DNA of 64,000 nt. It comes from Andalucia godoyi And28. Lineage: Eukaryota > Protista > Jakobida. Below, piece by piece: positions 34,248 to 45,280 of the stretch. Every line of letters starts with the position of its first letter. Position 1 is the first letter of the stretch. The stretch spans positions 62,001 through 126,000 of the forward strand of contig VRVR01000006.1 in assembly GCA_009859145.1 (NCBI GenBank), in the 5' to 3' direction. The notes beneath the pieces are model-generated. The model worked only from the letters and a program-made list of their open reading frames with translations. It was not told the origin of the DNA and searched no databases. Made by a program: the position numbers and the translations under genes.

Positions 34248-34271
34248 CAGAGAGGAAGTTTTGGGAAAGCA

Positions 34272-34595
34272 ATGAGGATTACGCTAGTTGGTGGCATTCT
34301 GATTCTTTTGGTGCTTGTGTTTGTAGGTACACTTGTGGATGCCCGTTTGGTGCATGCGAGGCTGCAGACTTGCTCTGGGTGAAAATTGAATCGACTCCCG
34401 GAGGTCAAAAAGTTCATTACGGACGATGCTCCGCGATATCCCAACTTGGAGGTTGTGTATGTTGCGGGGTATGATCCAACCTTTTTCTGGGAGGATGAAC
34501 TGGGACAAGTCGTGGAGTCGACAAAGATCGCGGAAATGAAACGCGATCAGATCAACCAGATGTTGGAATCTCGCGGGTTCTATCCAACTGTGTAA
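34272..34595 (+). CDS. SELENOM: Selenoprotein M-like (Sep15/SelM family) with in-frame UGA-Sec at 34380-34382
   Basis: Signal peptide followed by TC-S-G-[TGA]-KLNRLPEVKKFI (CxxU redox motif). The frame continues to TAA at 34595 and a SECIS lies downstream. Confidence 0.92.
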
Positions 34596-34804
34596 ATAAG
34601 GACGGGCCTCTTTTTTGACCTTTTGGCCACCGTCTCTTTCGGATGGGTTTCAGAGCGTGAATTCTGCGGGATGGTGGTGGTGGTGGTTTGGACAAGACGA
34701 TTGTTGGCTATGGAGATCACGATGGCCCGAGCACAGATCCGTTTTTTGCCTGCTTGCTTTATGTTTGTTGCGTTGCTTTTCTACGCACTGTAACAGCAAG
34801 ACAG

Positions 34805-34870
34805 TTTGGATCGCATGAAGACCGGCTTTGAAACGTGACAAACGGGAAGCCGGATCTGATTACCATTGCA
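34805..34870 (+). promoter_or_regulatory. Eukaryotic SECIS element (type II)
   Basis: ATGAA core at 34815, helix GACCGGCTTT/GAAGCCGGATC, unpaired AAA, mini-stem CGT-gacaa-ACG and a 3-prime TGAT core at 34857. Confidence 0.88.
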
Positions 34871-35051
34871 TGTGCAGGTGTGATCTGATCTCCATTCAGC
34901 AGTTATGGGTACTTGCATTTTTTGTATTTCATTAATTAAAAAAACATTTCTCTTCCTTTTTGCACTTCGTCGGCATTTGATCTTTTGTGTTTTTGCTTCT
35001 TTTTTGTTATTTTATAGACATGCTTTTTGCTTGGGGGGGGGGGGGTTAATT

Positions 35052-36614
35052 CTAGAATTGGTCGAGATACGTCTGAAGTCTGCTGGCATACTCGGGGGCA
35101 TACGGAAACTTGACAATGCTCTTGCCACATGTCTTCACCAGTCGAAACAGCGATTCCTCGCAAACACACCAAAGGATATTCTTTCGGAAGTCTGCGGCTG
35201 GAGACTTTGCGAGAAGCAGGGTCTCCAGAGCACCCTGGATCGCACAAATAAGAGTTACCAGCTGGTTGAGCGCATCGGCAAAATCGACGCCTTCTCGGAA
35301 TGCAGTCTCTACCAGACTGCAAGATGTGCGAATCGAAAAGGCAAGCGGCAAGTCGGCATACGTTGACGGATCGAGCACTGCCGATTGGCGAACTCTTTCA
35401 TTTTGCAAGACACGAGGAACTACTTTTCCAACGCAAAAGTCGGTCAATCGGAGTGCAGCAGCCCAAATGAAGTCCAACCCACGTCGAGCCGGTGGACGCT
35501 TGGCGGTGAACATCTTGCGAGAAGTGCGAGGTTGGACCCTGGAAAGCGAATCTTTCAGGAACTTGTCGGGTGTTGTTACGATACCGATGGGAGCCCTTGC
35601 AGATGCATTGGGGCCCGAATTCTGGACGGATGCTCTGGCAGCTGCAACGGCACTCGACCCAACCCTGTCGAATCCACGACGGATCTCGAACATCACCAGA
35701 CCAAAAAAATCCTCAAAGATTGGATGCCGCGCATGCAGAGTCATCGAAAGAGCTTCTGCGGCCTTCACAATCCACATGGAACTTAGCGCGCGCTTCGCCA
35801 GTGCAGGCACTTTAGGTAGCGCGTATCCTGCTTGGACAAGTTCCAACGAAGACAGTCTTGCGTACTCGGTCATAATGCATGACACAAACGTGTGCGAGAG
35901 GCCGACAAACATTTCGCAGACAAACAACAAGTAGAACAGCACAGCCCAAGTACGCAACGAAAAGAAAATTGCAAATACCGCAGACACTGGATTGAAGAAT
36001 TCGACACTGAGGAGAAAACTCCAAGTGTAATTCAGAACCGTGACACCCAGTGTGCAGAATAGCATCAACGACAGAACCAATGTGAGAATGCTTCGATAAA
36101 ATGCAGAATAGACCGTTGATTTCAGGGTTCCGCGGATAAACCACAATCTGGAAACGCGAATCGATGGAAACAATGGAGGAGCGAACGGAAGAAGCTCGGC
36201 TCGACACAGCGCGGAAGCCAGGACTGCAGACAACAGCAGAACAAATTCTCGAGACACGCAAGACTGGTAAAAGATGTCACACTTGGCAGTAAAGTGTGTA
36301 AAGCTCGAGATATCGAGCAGCCAAATCAACGAGGAAAACGAAACAAGTGCATGAGAAGCATGCAGCCAGAACGCAGAAGGCTTCTGTTTTTCAAACGAAA
36401 TCATGCATTTCGAATAGACATAATGAATGAGAAGCATCGGAAGGATGCCCACGAACGACTGCACAGAGAAGAGAGGAACAGGATATGTGGAAGGAACGAA
36501 TCGGCCAATGAACAGTGAAGCCTCCGTAACAAGGAAGCATGAAAGAAGAGACCATGCAACAGACGTCCCTTCTCTTCTTTGCACTTCTTTACTAAATACC
36601 TCCAGCGCGCTCAT
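35052..36614 (-). CDS. NDC1: Multi-pass membrane protein, NDC1 nucleoporin-like
   Basis: About 6 N-terminal TM segments with the FP.I motif, then ..TE.., AL..L...R..IF and a helical C-terminal domain. Confidence 0.6.
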   Translation of the reverse strand: MSALEVFSKEVQRREGTSVAWSLLSCFLVTEASLFIGRFVPSTYPVPLFSVQSFVGILPMLLIHYVYSKCMISFEKQKPSAFWLHASHALVSFSSLIWLLDISSFTHFTAKCDIFYQSCVSREFVLLLSAVLASALCRAELLPFAPPLFPSIRVSRLWFIRGTLKSTVYSAFYRSILTLVLSLMLFCTLGVTVLNYTWSFLLSVEFFNPVSAVFAIFFSLRTWAVLFYLLFVCEMFVGLSHTFVSCIMTEYARLSSLELVQAGYALPKVPALAKRALSSMWIVKAAEALSMTLHARHPIFEDFFGLVMFEIRRGFDRVGSSAVAAARASVQNSGPNASARAPIGIVTTPDKFLKDSLSRVQPRTSRKMFTAKRPPARRGLDFIWAAALRLTDFCVGKVVPRVLQNERVRQSAVLDPSTYADLPLAFSIRTSCSLVETAFREGVDFADALNQLVTLICAIQGALETLLLAKSPAADFRKNILWCVCEESLFRLVKTCGKSIVKFPYAPEYASRLQTYLDQF

Positions 36615-36959
36615 TTCGGAATCTGCGATGCGGGAAAAAGGCCGGTTAATTTCTGCACCGTGTCCCCAATACCTGTCAGAAGCTACTACTGCTACTGATC
36701 AGTACTTCGGCAATACATATATATAGAAAAACTGAAGAGGCGGGAACAAACGCAAAGCAAAAGACTTGAAAGAATGAAGCCTGTTTTGGCCTGCAAAATC
36801 TGCGCGAGAGGAAGAAAGGACTATAGAGGTCTGCTACAGCAGGAAAAATGGTCTTCTTGAATCATTTTTGTGGTTCTTGAAACATGTCGCCAGCCAAAGA
36901 GATTGGGGTTTCTTCCTTCTTTCCTTCTTCTTCCGTTTCTCCTTCTTCATCATCTTCAT

Positions 36960-37056
36960 CTTTGATCTTGCTCTTGTTCTTGCTCTTGCTCTTGCCCTTG
37001 CCCTTGCCCTTGCTCTTGCCCTTGCTCTTGCCCTTGCTCTTGCCCTTGCTCTTGCT
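36960..37056. repeat. (GCYCTT)n hexamer tandem repeat immediately 5-prime of the SLY1 start
   Basis: Direct observation. Confidence 0.9.
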
Positions 37057-37073
37057 TATTCGTACAAGCTGCA

Positions 37074-37472
37074 ATGTCATCAAAGGAACCCAAACCACAA
37101 CCGCTTCACGTGTCGCTCAGGCTGCAGCAAGCACAGAAAGGTATTGTTGTCTCAAACAAATTTTTTTGATGTTCTTCTGCTTCTTCTCCTTCTTCATCAT
37201 CATCACTGTGCGTGTGGTGTTTGTGTTCTTTGGATCACTTATCTTTTGATGTTTTGGTGCTAGATGCTGTTGTGTCAATGGTCTATTTCAACAAGGAAAA
37301 GGACGAGCGAGATACTGCTGATTCCACGTCGTGGAAAGTCTTAATTTATGATCGCTTCGGAAGAGACATTATTGGTCCTCTGTTGACAGTTTCTGAGCTT
37401 CGCAAGAATGGCGTTACGTTGCACATGTATGTATTTTTTAGTTATTTTGTTGTTGTATGTGTTCTTGCGGCT

Positions 37473-37511
<39 letters not shown>

Positions 37512-39351
37512 TGCTTTTTTGTCTGTTTGGTTTTTGATGGTGAATAGGATGCTTCATTCGGATCGGCAGGCCATTCCCGATGTCGAAGCTATATACTTTT
37601 GCCAGGCAAACATGGATAACATCACCCGCATTTTATCTGATGTTCGAGATGGGCTCTATGCACGGTTTCACTTGAACTTTGCTGGCGGAATTCCGCGCGG
37701 ACTGCTGGAGAAGTTGGCTGCGGGTGCTGCACATGACGGAACGTACAGTCGAATTGCATCGGTCGATGATCAGTATTGCAGTTTCACCATTCCGTTTCCT
37801 GGTGTCTTCTCACAGTGCTGGAGCCATTCTTTCGTGGATTTGCATCGATCTGGTGTTGCCGATGTGGACATGGAAAACCAAATTCGAACCGTTTCTACTT
37901 GCTTGTTGTCCGTTGCTGCTACGCTTGGAAACATCCCTGTGGTGTGCGCGCAACGTGGAGGTGCTGCCGAGATGGCTGGACAGTTTCTTGTCGACATGAT
38001 CAAGACTTCGCCGCTTTTCGCAAACAAGGCTTCAAAGAGCTCCGCAGATGCAAAACGCCCCGGATTCATTATTCTGGATCGAACGATGGATCTGTCGGTT
38101 GCGCTCTCACATTCATTCTCTTATTCAGTGATGATGCACGACTTGTTGCACATGCGCGCCGGACGTGTTGTCGTCCCGGACTTCGATGAGACCGGAAAGG
38201 AAAAATCATCCGGTGCGAAGAAGGCCATTGATCTGGAGTTTTCGACAGACTTTTTCTGGCAACAAAATATTGGGTCGCCGTTTCCTGTGTTGGCCGAATC
38301 CGTTGAGAGTGCGCTGAAGAAGTACAAGGACGACATCATGGATGTCCAGAGAAAGACCGGGATTTCCATCGACGAAGGCTCGGGAGAGGCATCCGTCATA
38401 GCCGATGATTCTGTAGCGCATGCTGAACTTGCTGCGACAGTGCAGTCTCTCCCGGAACTGCGAAAGCGAAAGAAGTTGCTCGATGCACATTCATCGATCG
38501 CATATGCACTCCTCACAGAAGTCAAGAAGCGCGACATTGATGTCTTCGCTGCCCTTGAGGAGTCGATGATGACGAATTATCCTGTTGATGAAGAGCGTCT
38601 GACGCAGCTTTTTGCACTTGAACGCCCGGATTCGACTACGGCTCTGGGTACTGGCGCAAGTCCTTCCTCTGCCTCTTCTGCACCGCTGAACGCAGCTTTT
38701 GAGACCCAGCTGTCGGATCGATTGCGCCTATTCTTGATTTACTTCTTGTCGCTGGATCCCGCAATTGCAAAGGACACTCTTGCAGGACTCGAGACGAAAC
38801 TGAGAGGCATGGGAGCCAATCTCGGATCATACGAATTCGTGAAGCGGATGCGCACGTTCTTGTCAACCCCAACGTGGGCACAGATCTCGAGAAGAGAAAA
38901 GGAGCAGCAAGGCATCTTTTCTGGTCTCGCGTCGAAGGCCAAGGTCTTTGGTGAGCAGTTGCGTGTCATGGCTTCGGGCTTATCGCGGGGCGGCCAAGTC
39001 ACCTTCCCGGTTGCTCGGCTTGTGAGAGATGTGATCGCCGCCTCTGTAGTTGCTTCGCAGCAAGCCTTGGGTGCACCAGGTTCGTCAGCCAGTCCTGCAC
39101 ATCGAGAATATGAAGAGACGGTGCGGTCTCTCATGATGGTTGATCCCCGTATCAGTTCGCATGTCCCAGTATCTCTGGCAAATGTGGGCGATTGGATCGT
39201 CTTTATGATTGGGGGCGGATCGCTTTCCGAGTACACGAACATTCTTCAAAACACACCACCGGGCGTCGATGTCATCTACGGCTGCACGGAACTGTTGTCC
39301 GGAGAAGAATTCCTGGACCAGCTGCAGATCTTGTCTGCTCCCGCAAAGTAA
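37074..39351 (+). CDS. SCFD1: Sec1/Munc18 family Sly1, 3 exons
   Basis: SLRLQQ...M..FN, WKVLIYD...DII.PLL.V.ELR.NGVTLH, ILDRT.D...L.HSFSY..M.HD and IVF.IGGG...EY. Introns 37141-37263 and 37427-37547 give an open frame. Confidence 0.95.
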
Positions 39352-39494
39352 AGCAATCTCTTGACGATTTCTTCACACTGCACATCCACCAGAACGGTGA
39401 AGGCTGAAAAGGCACCCCAACACGAAAAGAATACTGAGAGACGGAAGCAGGGGAGAGAAAGAAATGGACGGTGGGGGAAAGAAAAAAAGAACGT

Positions 39495-39595
39495 CGACAC
39501 GAACAGGATTCGAACCTGCGCGGGAAATCCCAATTGATATACTCGGACAATGCAGTCGTTCGAGTCAAACGCCTTAACCGCTCGGCCATCGTGTC
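39495..39595 (-). tRNA. tRNA-Ser(CGA) with a 20-nt intron at 37/38
   Basis: GACACGA acceptor stem, TGGCCGAGCGGTTAAGG A-box, CT-CGA-A anticodon loop, long variable arm GGGATTTCCC, GGTTCGAATCC B-box and a downstream oligo-T terminator. Confidence 0.95.
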
Positions 39596-39837
39596 TTCTC
39601 AGCGGATGGCCTCCAAAAACCTTCTGTAATTGACTGTAAAAATGATCCAAAAAGGGAATGCTTTTTTATTCCCGACACAAAATTCCGATTCTCCTGCAGC
39701 AGCAACTGGCATGTTGCAGCAGCATTTTTGGCCCGAATTTTATTTATATGTAGATATGTGTGTGTGTGTGCGTGTTTCTGGTTTTTGTCTTACTTCTTTT
39801 ATCTATTTTGTTCATTACGACCCGATTGGCGAAGAAG

Positions 39838-40094
39838 ATGGTGTATCCTAAGGATGCTTTTATTACTCTGAATGATGGACACAAGATTCCTGTGCTTGGC
39901 TTGGGAACATGGCAGGCTGAAGAAGGAGAAGTTGGACGTGCAGTCGATGCTGCGCTTCGTTCGGGACTGTATGTTCATGTGGACTGCGCCCAGATCTATG
40001 ACAATCAGGAGGAAATCGGAGAGACGTTTCATAAACTGTTTGAAGAAGGAATCGTCAAGCGCGAGAATGGTATGCCGTCTTTTCTCTCTCTGTC

Positions 40095-40127
<33 letters not shown>

Positions 40128-40887
40128 TTTCCTTCCCCACATTCCCCCCGTCACTCATGGAATCTTTTGATTGTTTTGATGGACTGGTGTTTGAATAGTG
40201 TTTGTGACATCCAAACTGTGGCTCCGTGACTTACATCCGTCGAAGGTGCGAGCAGCGGCAGAGCGCATTCTGAAGGAGCTCCGGCTCTCGTTTTTGGATC
40301 TGTTGCTGATCCACTGGCCTATTGTCCACACATCGCAAGGTGAAGTGGATCCGTCGGTGGACCTTCGCGACACATGGGTCGAGATGGAAAAGCTAGTGGA
40401 CGCAGGACTTGTGCGCTCGATTGGGGTTTCCAACTTTACGATCGAAAAGATCGAGCATATTGCAAGGGGACAGCGAATCCAACCTGCCGTGAACCAGGTA
40501 GAGCTGCATCCGTATCTTCCTCAACACAAGCTCCTCAAGTGGTGCGCAGACCACAAGATTGTCCTTACTGCGTACTCGCCATTGGGCTCCGGACGCGGCG
40601 GACTCTTGGACGACCAGAAAATCGCGGGAATCGCAAAGAAGCACGGAAAGTCGCCTGCTCAGGTCCTTATTCGGTGGGCAATCCAGCGAAAGACTGTCGT
40701 GATCCCGAAGTCTGTTCATGAGGAACGCATCAAGGATAATGCAAAAGTGTTTGATTTTTCGCTGGATGGACAGGATATGGCGGAAATCGACTCAATCTAC
40801 AAGACTCAGCGCAAGCGTTTCATCGACCCTGCGTCGTACTTCAAGGTTGCGACCATCTTTGGCAAGGACGACTCGGATGATCTCTAA
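39838..40887 (+). CDS. Aldo-keto reductase, 2 exons
   Basis: [52 protein letters not shown] and VIPKS. Intron 40070-40198. Confidence 0.96.
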
Positions 40888-40992
40888 GCCGACGAAGGTC
40901 CGTGTTTTCTTCTTTTTCTTTTTGCTGTGGTTCGCATGACTCCTCGGTCTCCGGTTCGAAGCGCAAGTACGCAAGGATGCATCTGTGGATGG

Positions 40993-41028
<36 letters not shown>

Positions 41029-41154
41029 TACAAAAGATAAATACTATCTTGACAATCAAGACGCACCTTATGCACGTCGGTATGTACAGGGAAGGGAAAG
41101 AAGACATCCGAATAGGATGCACACAGGTTGTGCACCCATTTCTTTAGGCAAATG

Positions 41155-41883
41155 CTATGGGTGCGCGTCGTTCGTAGCACCGACCCCAAGACCACTCGAT
41201 GCCGCTGCACCGCCGCTGGTCAGAGCAGAAGACGACGACAAAGAGGGGGGAGGAGAAACAGGAAGAGGAGGAGGAGGAGGAGATGAAAGACCCTCGAGCT
41301 CAAACGAGATTGGAAACTGCAGAAACCCCAAGAGAACCGAGTGTGGAATTTCAAGACTCAGAACTTGTCGTTTGCATCTCTTTAGCCGCAATCGCAGCGA
41401 GCTGATGAATTCCTGAAGATGTAAAAACGAACTGTCCATGTACTCCACGTTGTTCTGCAGGCTGTGTCTGATCTCCTCGGAAACCTGCTTCATATGCGCA
41501 GCGTCTTGTACGGCAAGCGACTTTGCATACAGCGTAAGATACTGGCTATATGCAGTTTCCATTGCGTCGTGGATCGTCTCGACGTTCTTCATTACCTTTT
41601 TCATCCTTTTTTGCTCGTCATGAAGATCCTTTTCAAAGTACAAAATCTGGTTCATCACGTCCAGCAGAACCGGAAACGAGCTCGATATCTTTTCGTGTTG
41701 CAGTCTCTTTTCCATCGACAGAATCCCCTTGTGAATTTCTTGCAGCGACTCAGCTAGATCGCGCAAAGACGCATAGAACCGATCAATGATCTTTGTAAAG
41801 CCGCACTCAGGCCCTTTCAAATCAGGCTTCAGCTGAAACCAGCCGTCCTGGTCAGACTGGTCCGAAACTGCAAACGTCTTCAT
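41155..41883 (-). CDS. Hypothetical coiled-coil protein
   Basis: Helical heptad-like ORF from MKTFAVS; no family recognised and the exact ends are uncertain. Confidence 0.5.
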   Translation of the reverse strand: MKTFAVSDQSDQDGWFQLKPDLKGPECGFTKIIDRFYASLRDLAESLQEIHKGILSMEKRLQHEKISSSFPVLLDVMNQILYFEKDLHDEQKRMKKVMKNVETIHDAMETAYSQYLTLYAKSLAVQDAAHMKQVSEEIRHSLQNNVEYMDSSFLHLQEFISSLRLRLKRCKRQVLSLEIPHSVLLGFLQFPISFELEGLSSPPPPPLPVSPPPSLSSSSALTSGGAAASSGLGVGATNDAHP

Positions 41884-42276
41884 CGAAACTGAAATTCGTT
41901 CTGCTATTTTTCCTCTCGATTCTACGCTGGCAAGACAGGAGCAAACGAAAAAGAGAAGAAGAAAAAATATTGACAAATCCTCGCTTTCTTCCGCGAAGCG
42001 ATCAGACGAAGAAACACCATCAAAGCCTCGAAGGTCACAGAACCAAAGGGAGCAATGCCTCTTCGGGAGCGCCCAGATGACTTGGGGGGGATGTTGTTCG
42101 ACATTGGCCGACCCTGAGTTTCTCGTACAGTGGCTTTTCGTCGTGGCGTTGGCAACGCGAGACTCGAGAGTGACAGGGAACCTGCAGTGTTTTTGCGAGA
42201 AGTCCGTGAAAACGTAGCTGGACTTCTTTTGTGGGTGTGGTGCAAGAAGGTGGTCCTGTGAGACTGCATACATGAC

Positions 42277-43665
42277 GTGATGAACCGAGTTCGGCAGCGT
42301 GTGGCTGTTCGGCTGCTCTCAAGTGCAACGCATCATCCTTCTTCCCCGGCGTCTGGATCTGGGTCTGGATCTGGGCTTGGTTGTCGTTATGGTTCTGCTG
42401 CTGCAGTGGGAGGAGCAGCAAATATGCAAATGGAGCGTGCGCAATCGTTATTGGAGCAGAGCGTAGCGTTTCAGTTGTCGCTGAGTTCCGAACCAAAGCC
42501 AAGGGCCGGGAAGCGAGTTCGTGTTGCAGTTGGGGTTTCCGGAGGGGTTGATTCCTCAGTTTCTGCGTTTTTGCTAAAGTCCATGGGGTACGATGTGACA
42601 GGTGTGTTTATGAGAAACTGGGACGCGACGGATGAGAGGGGAGAATCGGTTTGTTCGTACACACGAGATCGAGCAGATGCAAAAGCCGTTTGTGCACAGC
42701 TGGGCATTCCCTTTGAAGAAGTCGATTTCGTCAAGGATTATTGGAACTTGGTGTTTGAAGAGTTTATCACAGACCTCGAGAACGGATTGACTCCCAACCC
42801 GGATATTTTGTGCAATTCCCAAATCAAGTTTAAGCGGTTTGCAGACTACTGCATCTCGAAATTTGGGGTTGATTTTGTAAGCACCGGACACTATGCGCAG
42901 CTGAGGCCAAGTGCATGGGGAGCCAGAGAAGTGCTGCTTTACCGAGCTGCCGACATGAACAAGGATCAGTCTTATTTTCTATGCGATGTGGACCAACGCG
43001 CATTGCAGAAAACGTTGTTTCCCGTGGGTTGTTTCTCATCAAAGCAACACGTGAAGGACCTTGCACAGATGCTCCACTTTCCGTTTGTCGCTGAAAAGAA
43101 AGAGAGTATGGGAATATGCTTCGTGGGCAAACGTCCCTTTTCCGAGTTTATTCGCCCGTACCTGCGAACCACAGTACCAGGAAACGTGGTGGACATTGAT
43201 TCAAACAAGATCTTGGAATCGCACGAAAACGCCTCTGCGTTTACACTAGGCCAGCGTGCGGGTGTCGGAGGAGCAAAGGACCGAGTTTTTGTGGTCAAGA
43301 AGCAAGATGCCACAGGAACGATTTTCGTTGGTGTTGGAAGAAATCATCCTGCACTGTTCACCAATTCCTTGGTGGCTGCTCGGTTTCATTGGATTTCATC
43401 GCTACGTCCAGAGCGAGAGGTCGCTGAATACCAGGTTCGATATCGCCAGCCGCCGGGCACTTGCTCTATTGTCCTTCATGATCCAAATTCTCAGGCGCCC
43501 ACTGTCACCGCCATGTTCGACAAGCCACAAAGAGCTGCGACTCGCGGACAGTGGCTTGCGCTGTATTCGCCGGATGGTGTTTGCTACGGGGGCGGCAAGA
43601 TAACCGCAGTGGGCCCTTCGTTGCACGATCTTGGACAGTCTTCTCCCGCCGACTACTTCCTCTGA
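42277..43665 (+). CDS. TRMU: Mitochondrial tRNA 2-thiouridylase MnmA/Mtu1
   Basis: Arg-rich presequence; SGGVDSSV, GVFMRNWD, TPNPDILCN..IKF, TGHYA, KDQSYFL, ESMGICFVG and QVRYRQ. Confidence 0.96.
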   Translation: MMNRVRQRVAVRLLSSATHHPSSPASGSGSGSGLGCRYGSAAAVGGAANMQMERAQSLLEQSVAFQLSLSSEPKPRAGKRVRVAVGVSGGVDSSVSAFLLKSMGYDVTGVFMRNWDATDERGESVCSYTRDRADAKAVCAQLGIPFEEVDFVKDYWNLVFEEFITDLENGLTPNPDILCNSQIKFKRFADYCISKFGVDFVSTGHYAQLRPSAWGAREVLLYRAADMNKDQSYFLCDVDQRALQKTLFPVGCFSSKQHVKDLAQMLHFPFVAEKKESMGICFVGKRPFSEFIRPYLRTTVPGNVVDIDSNKILESHENASAFTLGQRAGVGGAKDRVFVVKKQDATGTIFVGVGRNHPALFTNSLVAARFHWISSLRPEREVAEYQVRYRQPPGTCSIVLHDPNSQAPTVTAMFDKPQRAATRGQWLALYSPDGVCYGGGKITAVGPSLHDLGQSSPADYFL

Positions 43666-43938
43666 GTGGAAAAACCGGGGGGAGCACGAACCATATTCCT
43701 CCTCATCTTTGTACATACCGGTAAGTACCTATATTTTAAACAACAATTCAGCGGGATGGAGTGGCTGGGTTGTAGGTGTGTACGTTCAAAATCCCATTCC
43801 ACAGAGCATCTTTGTTCGAGATAAAACAGACAAGAATTGTGAAGAAATGAGAAACGTATTTTCACCCGCCGTCACTCTTCTCTTCGTCTCAGTGGGGGGG
43901 GGGGGGGGGGGGATGAAAAGTCGCCACGCATCATTCGA

Positions 43939-45197
43939 TTAGGCAGGTGGAGCATTCGGGTCTTCTGCAAAGATGAGACGCTTCAAAGATACTTCTTGTT
44001 TAGCAGAGTGGCGGCTCTCACAAGCGAGCACAATATGACCCAGTTCATTGTCGACATTTTCGCACTGTGCGCGGTCGAGGATCCAGAACAACGGAATCTT
44101 TAGCTTTGTGCAGTACTCGAGATCCTGCTTCAGAACAATAGAAAGCGACGCTGCGGTAGCGGGAGAAGCAGATTCGAAAAACTTGCGATGGTCCTTGATC
44201 GCAACCTCCATACCCGACTTGATTCCCAAGATACATACTCGATGATACCCGACGAGAAAGTCGAGGCTCTTTGCAAGAATGTACCGAGTTTCCGAGACTT
44301 CGGCAACGCCGAAACAACCAGGAAAGTACAAATCCCCAGCATCCAGCGCAACACGGTAACCTTTGCCACAGTACACTTCGACGGCGTTCCTTGAAGCGAC
44401 GTCCAGCAGATTCCACCAACGGGAAACTCCGCAAAACACGGAATGAATGCAGATGCCGACTTGTGCACCCGCAACAGCTCTCTTGATTGCATGGTACGAG
44501 AGGGCATGCAACATCAATACTTTTTGCGCATCGGCAGGATCCACTACGCACGGATCCACGTCCAGCGTCACCCAGTAATGCACGTGCGGCCCAAGCGCCT
44601 GTGCGATCCTCGAAACAAGATCGTCGATGCCTTCCATGTTCGTTTCGATGGAAATATTCGGAAGATCGCCGCTTGAAAAGACCTGCACGCAGACTTCATG
44701 GCCCCGGCTTGCCAGATTTTTTGCGGAATCCGCAATCCGGTGCACACCTTCGACCGACTCATACAGTCCATCCCTGGAAGAAGACAACAAAGTAGACAAA
44801 TCGCGCAACTGCGGTCAGTAAAAACACATGTTTGAGAAGGAGAAGCGGGAAAACGGAAGAGACGGAGAAACACGTACCAATCGAGTTTGATGTAGACCAG
44901 CGGCTTTTGGTCCTTCAGAAACGGTGCAAACTTTGGGATGAATGCGCCGTGTTGTGATCGAGGCGCAGTCAGAGGCGCAACGCCAAACGCAATTGAAAAG
45001 GAATCCGAAAGCAGCTTGATGAACGTAGTCAGCGAAAGGGAACCAAGACGGGAAGGAAGACTGCGAGGTGGCAAATCATATTCTCGAAACGTTCCGACCG
45101 TCATGATGTAGAACATGACCACGGCACAGATCAGATAAACAAGCCATGTTAACGGCGTGCTTGTGTCGGGCGTCGACGAATGGAACAGCGCAATCAT
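43939..45197 (-). CDS. Membrane-anchored degenerate glycoside hydrolase family 1-like protein, 2 exons
   Basis: N-terminal TM. Intron 44877-44774 (GTACGT..TTCCAG) gives KLDW-DGL; ..GHEVCVQVFSSGDLP, HYWVTLDVDP and LMLHALSYHAIK..AQVGI align to GH1 barrel motifs. Confidence 0.6.
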
Positions 45198-45280
45198 GAT
45201 CCACGAACCATGAAAACCTGCACACGGAATAATTCGTAAAGTTCTTTTCCAATCGAGGTTGAGAGTTCGATGCCCAAAGA

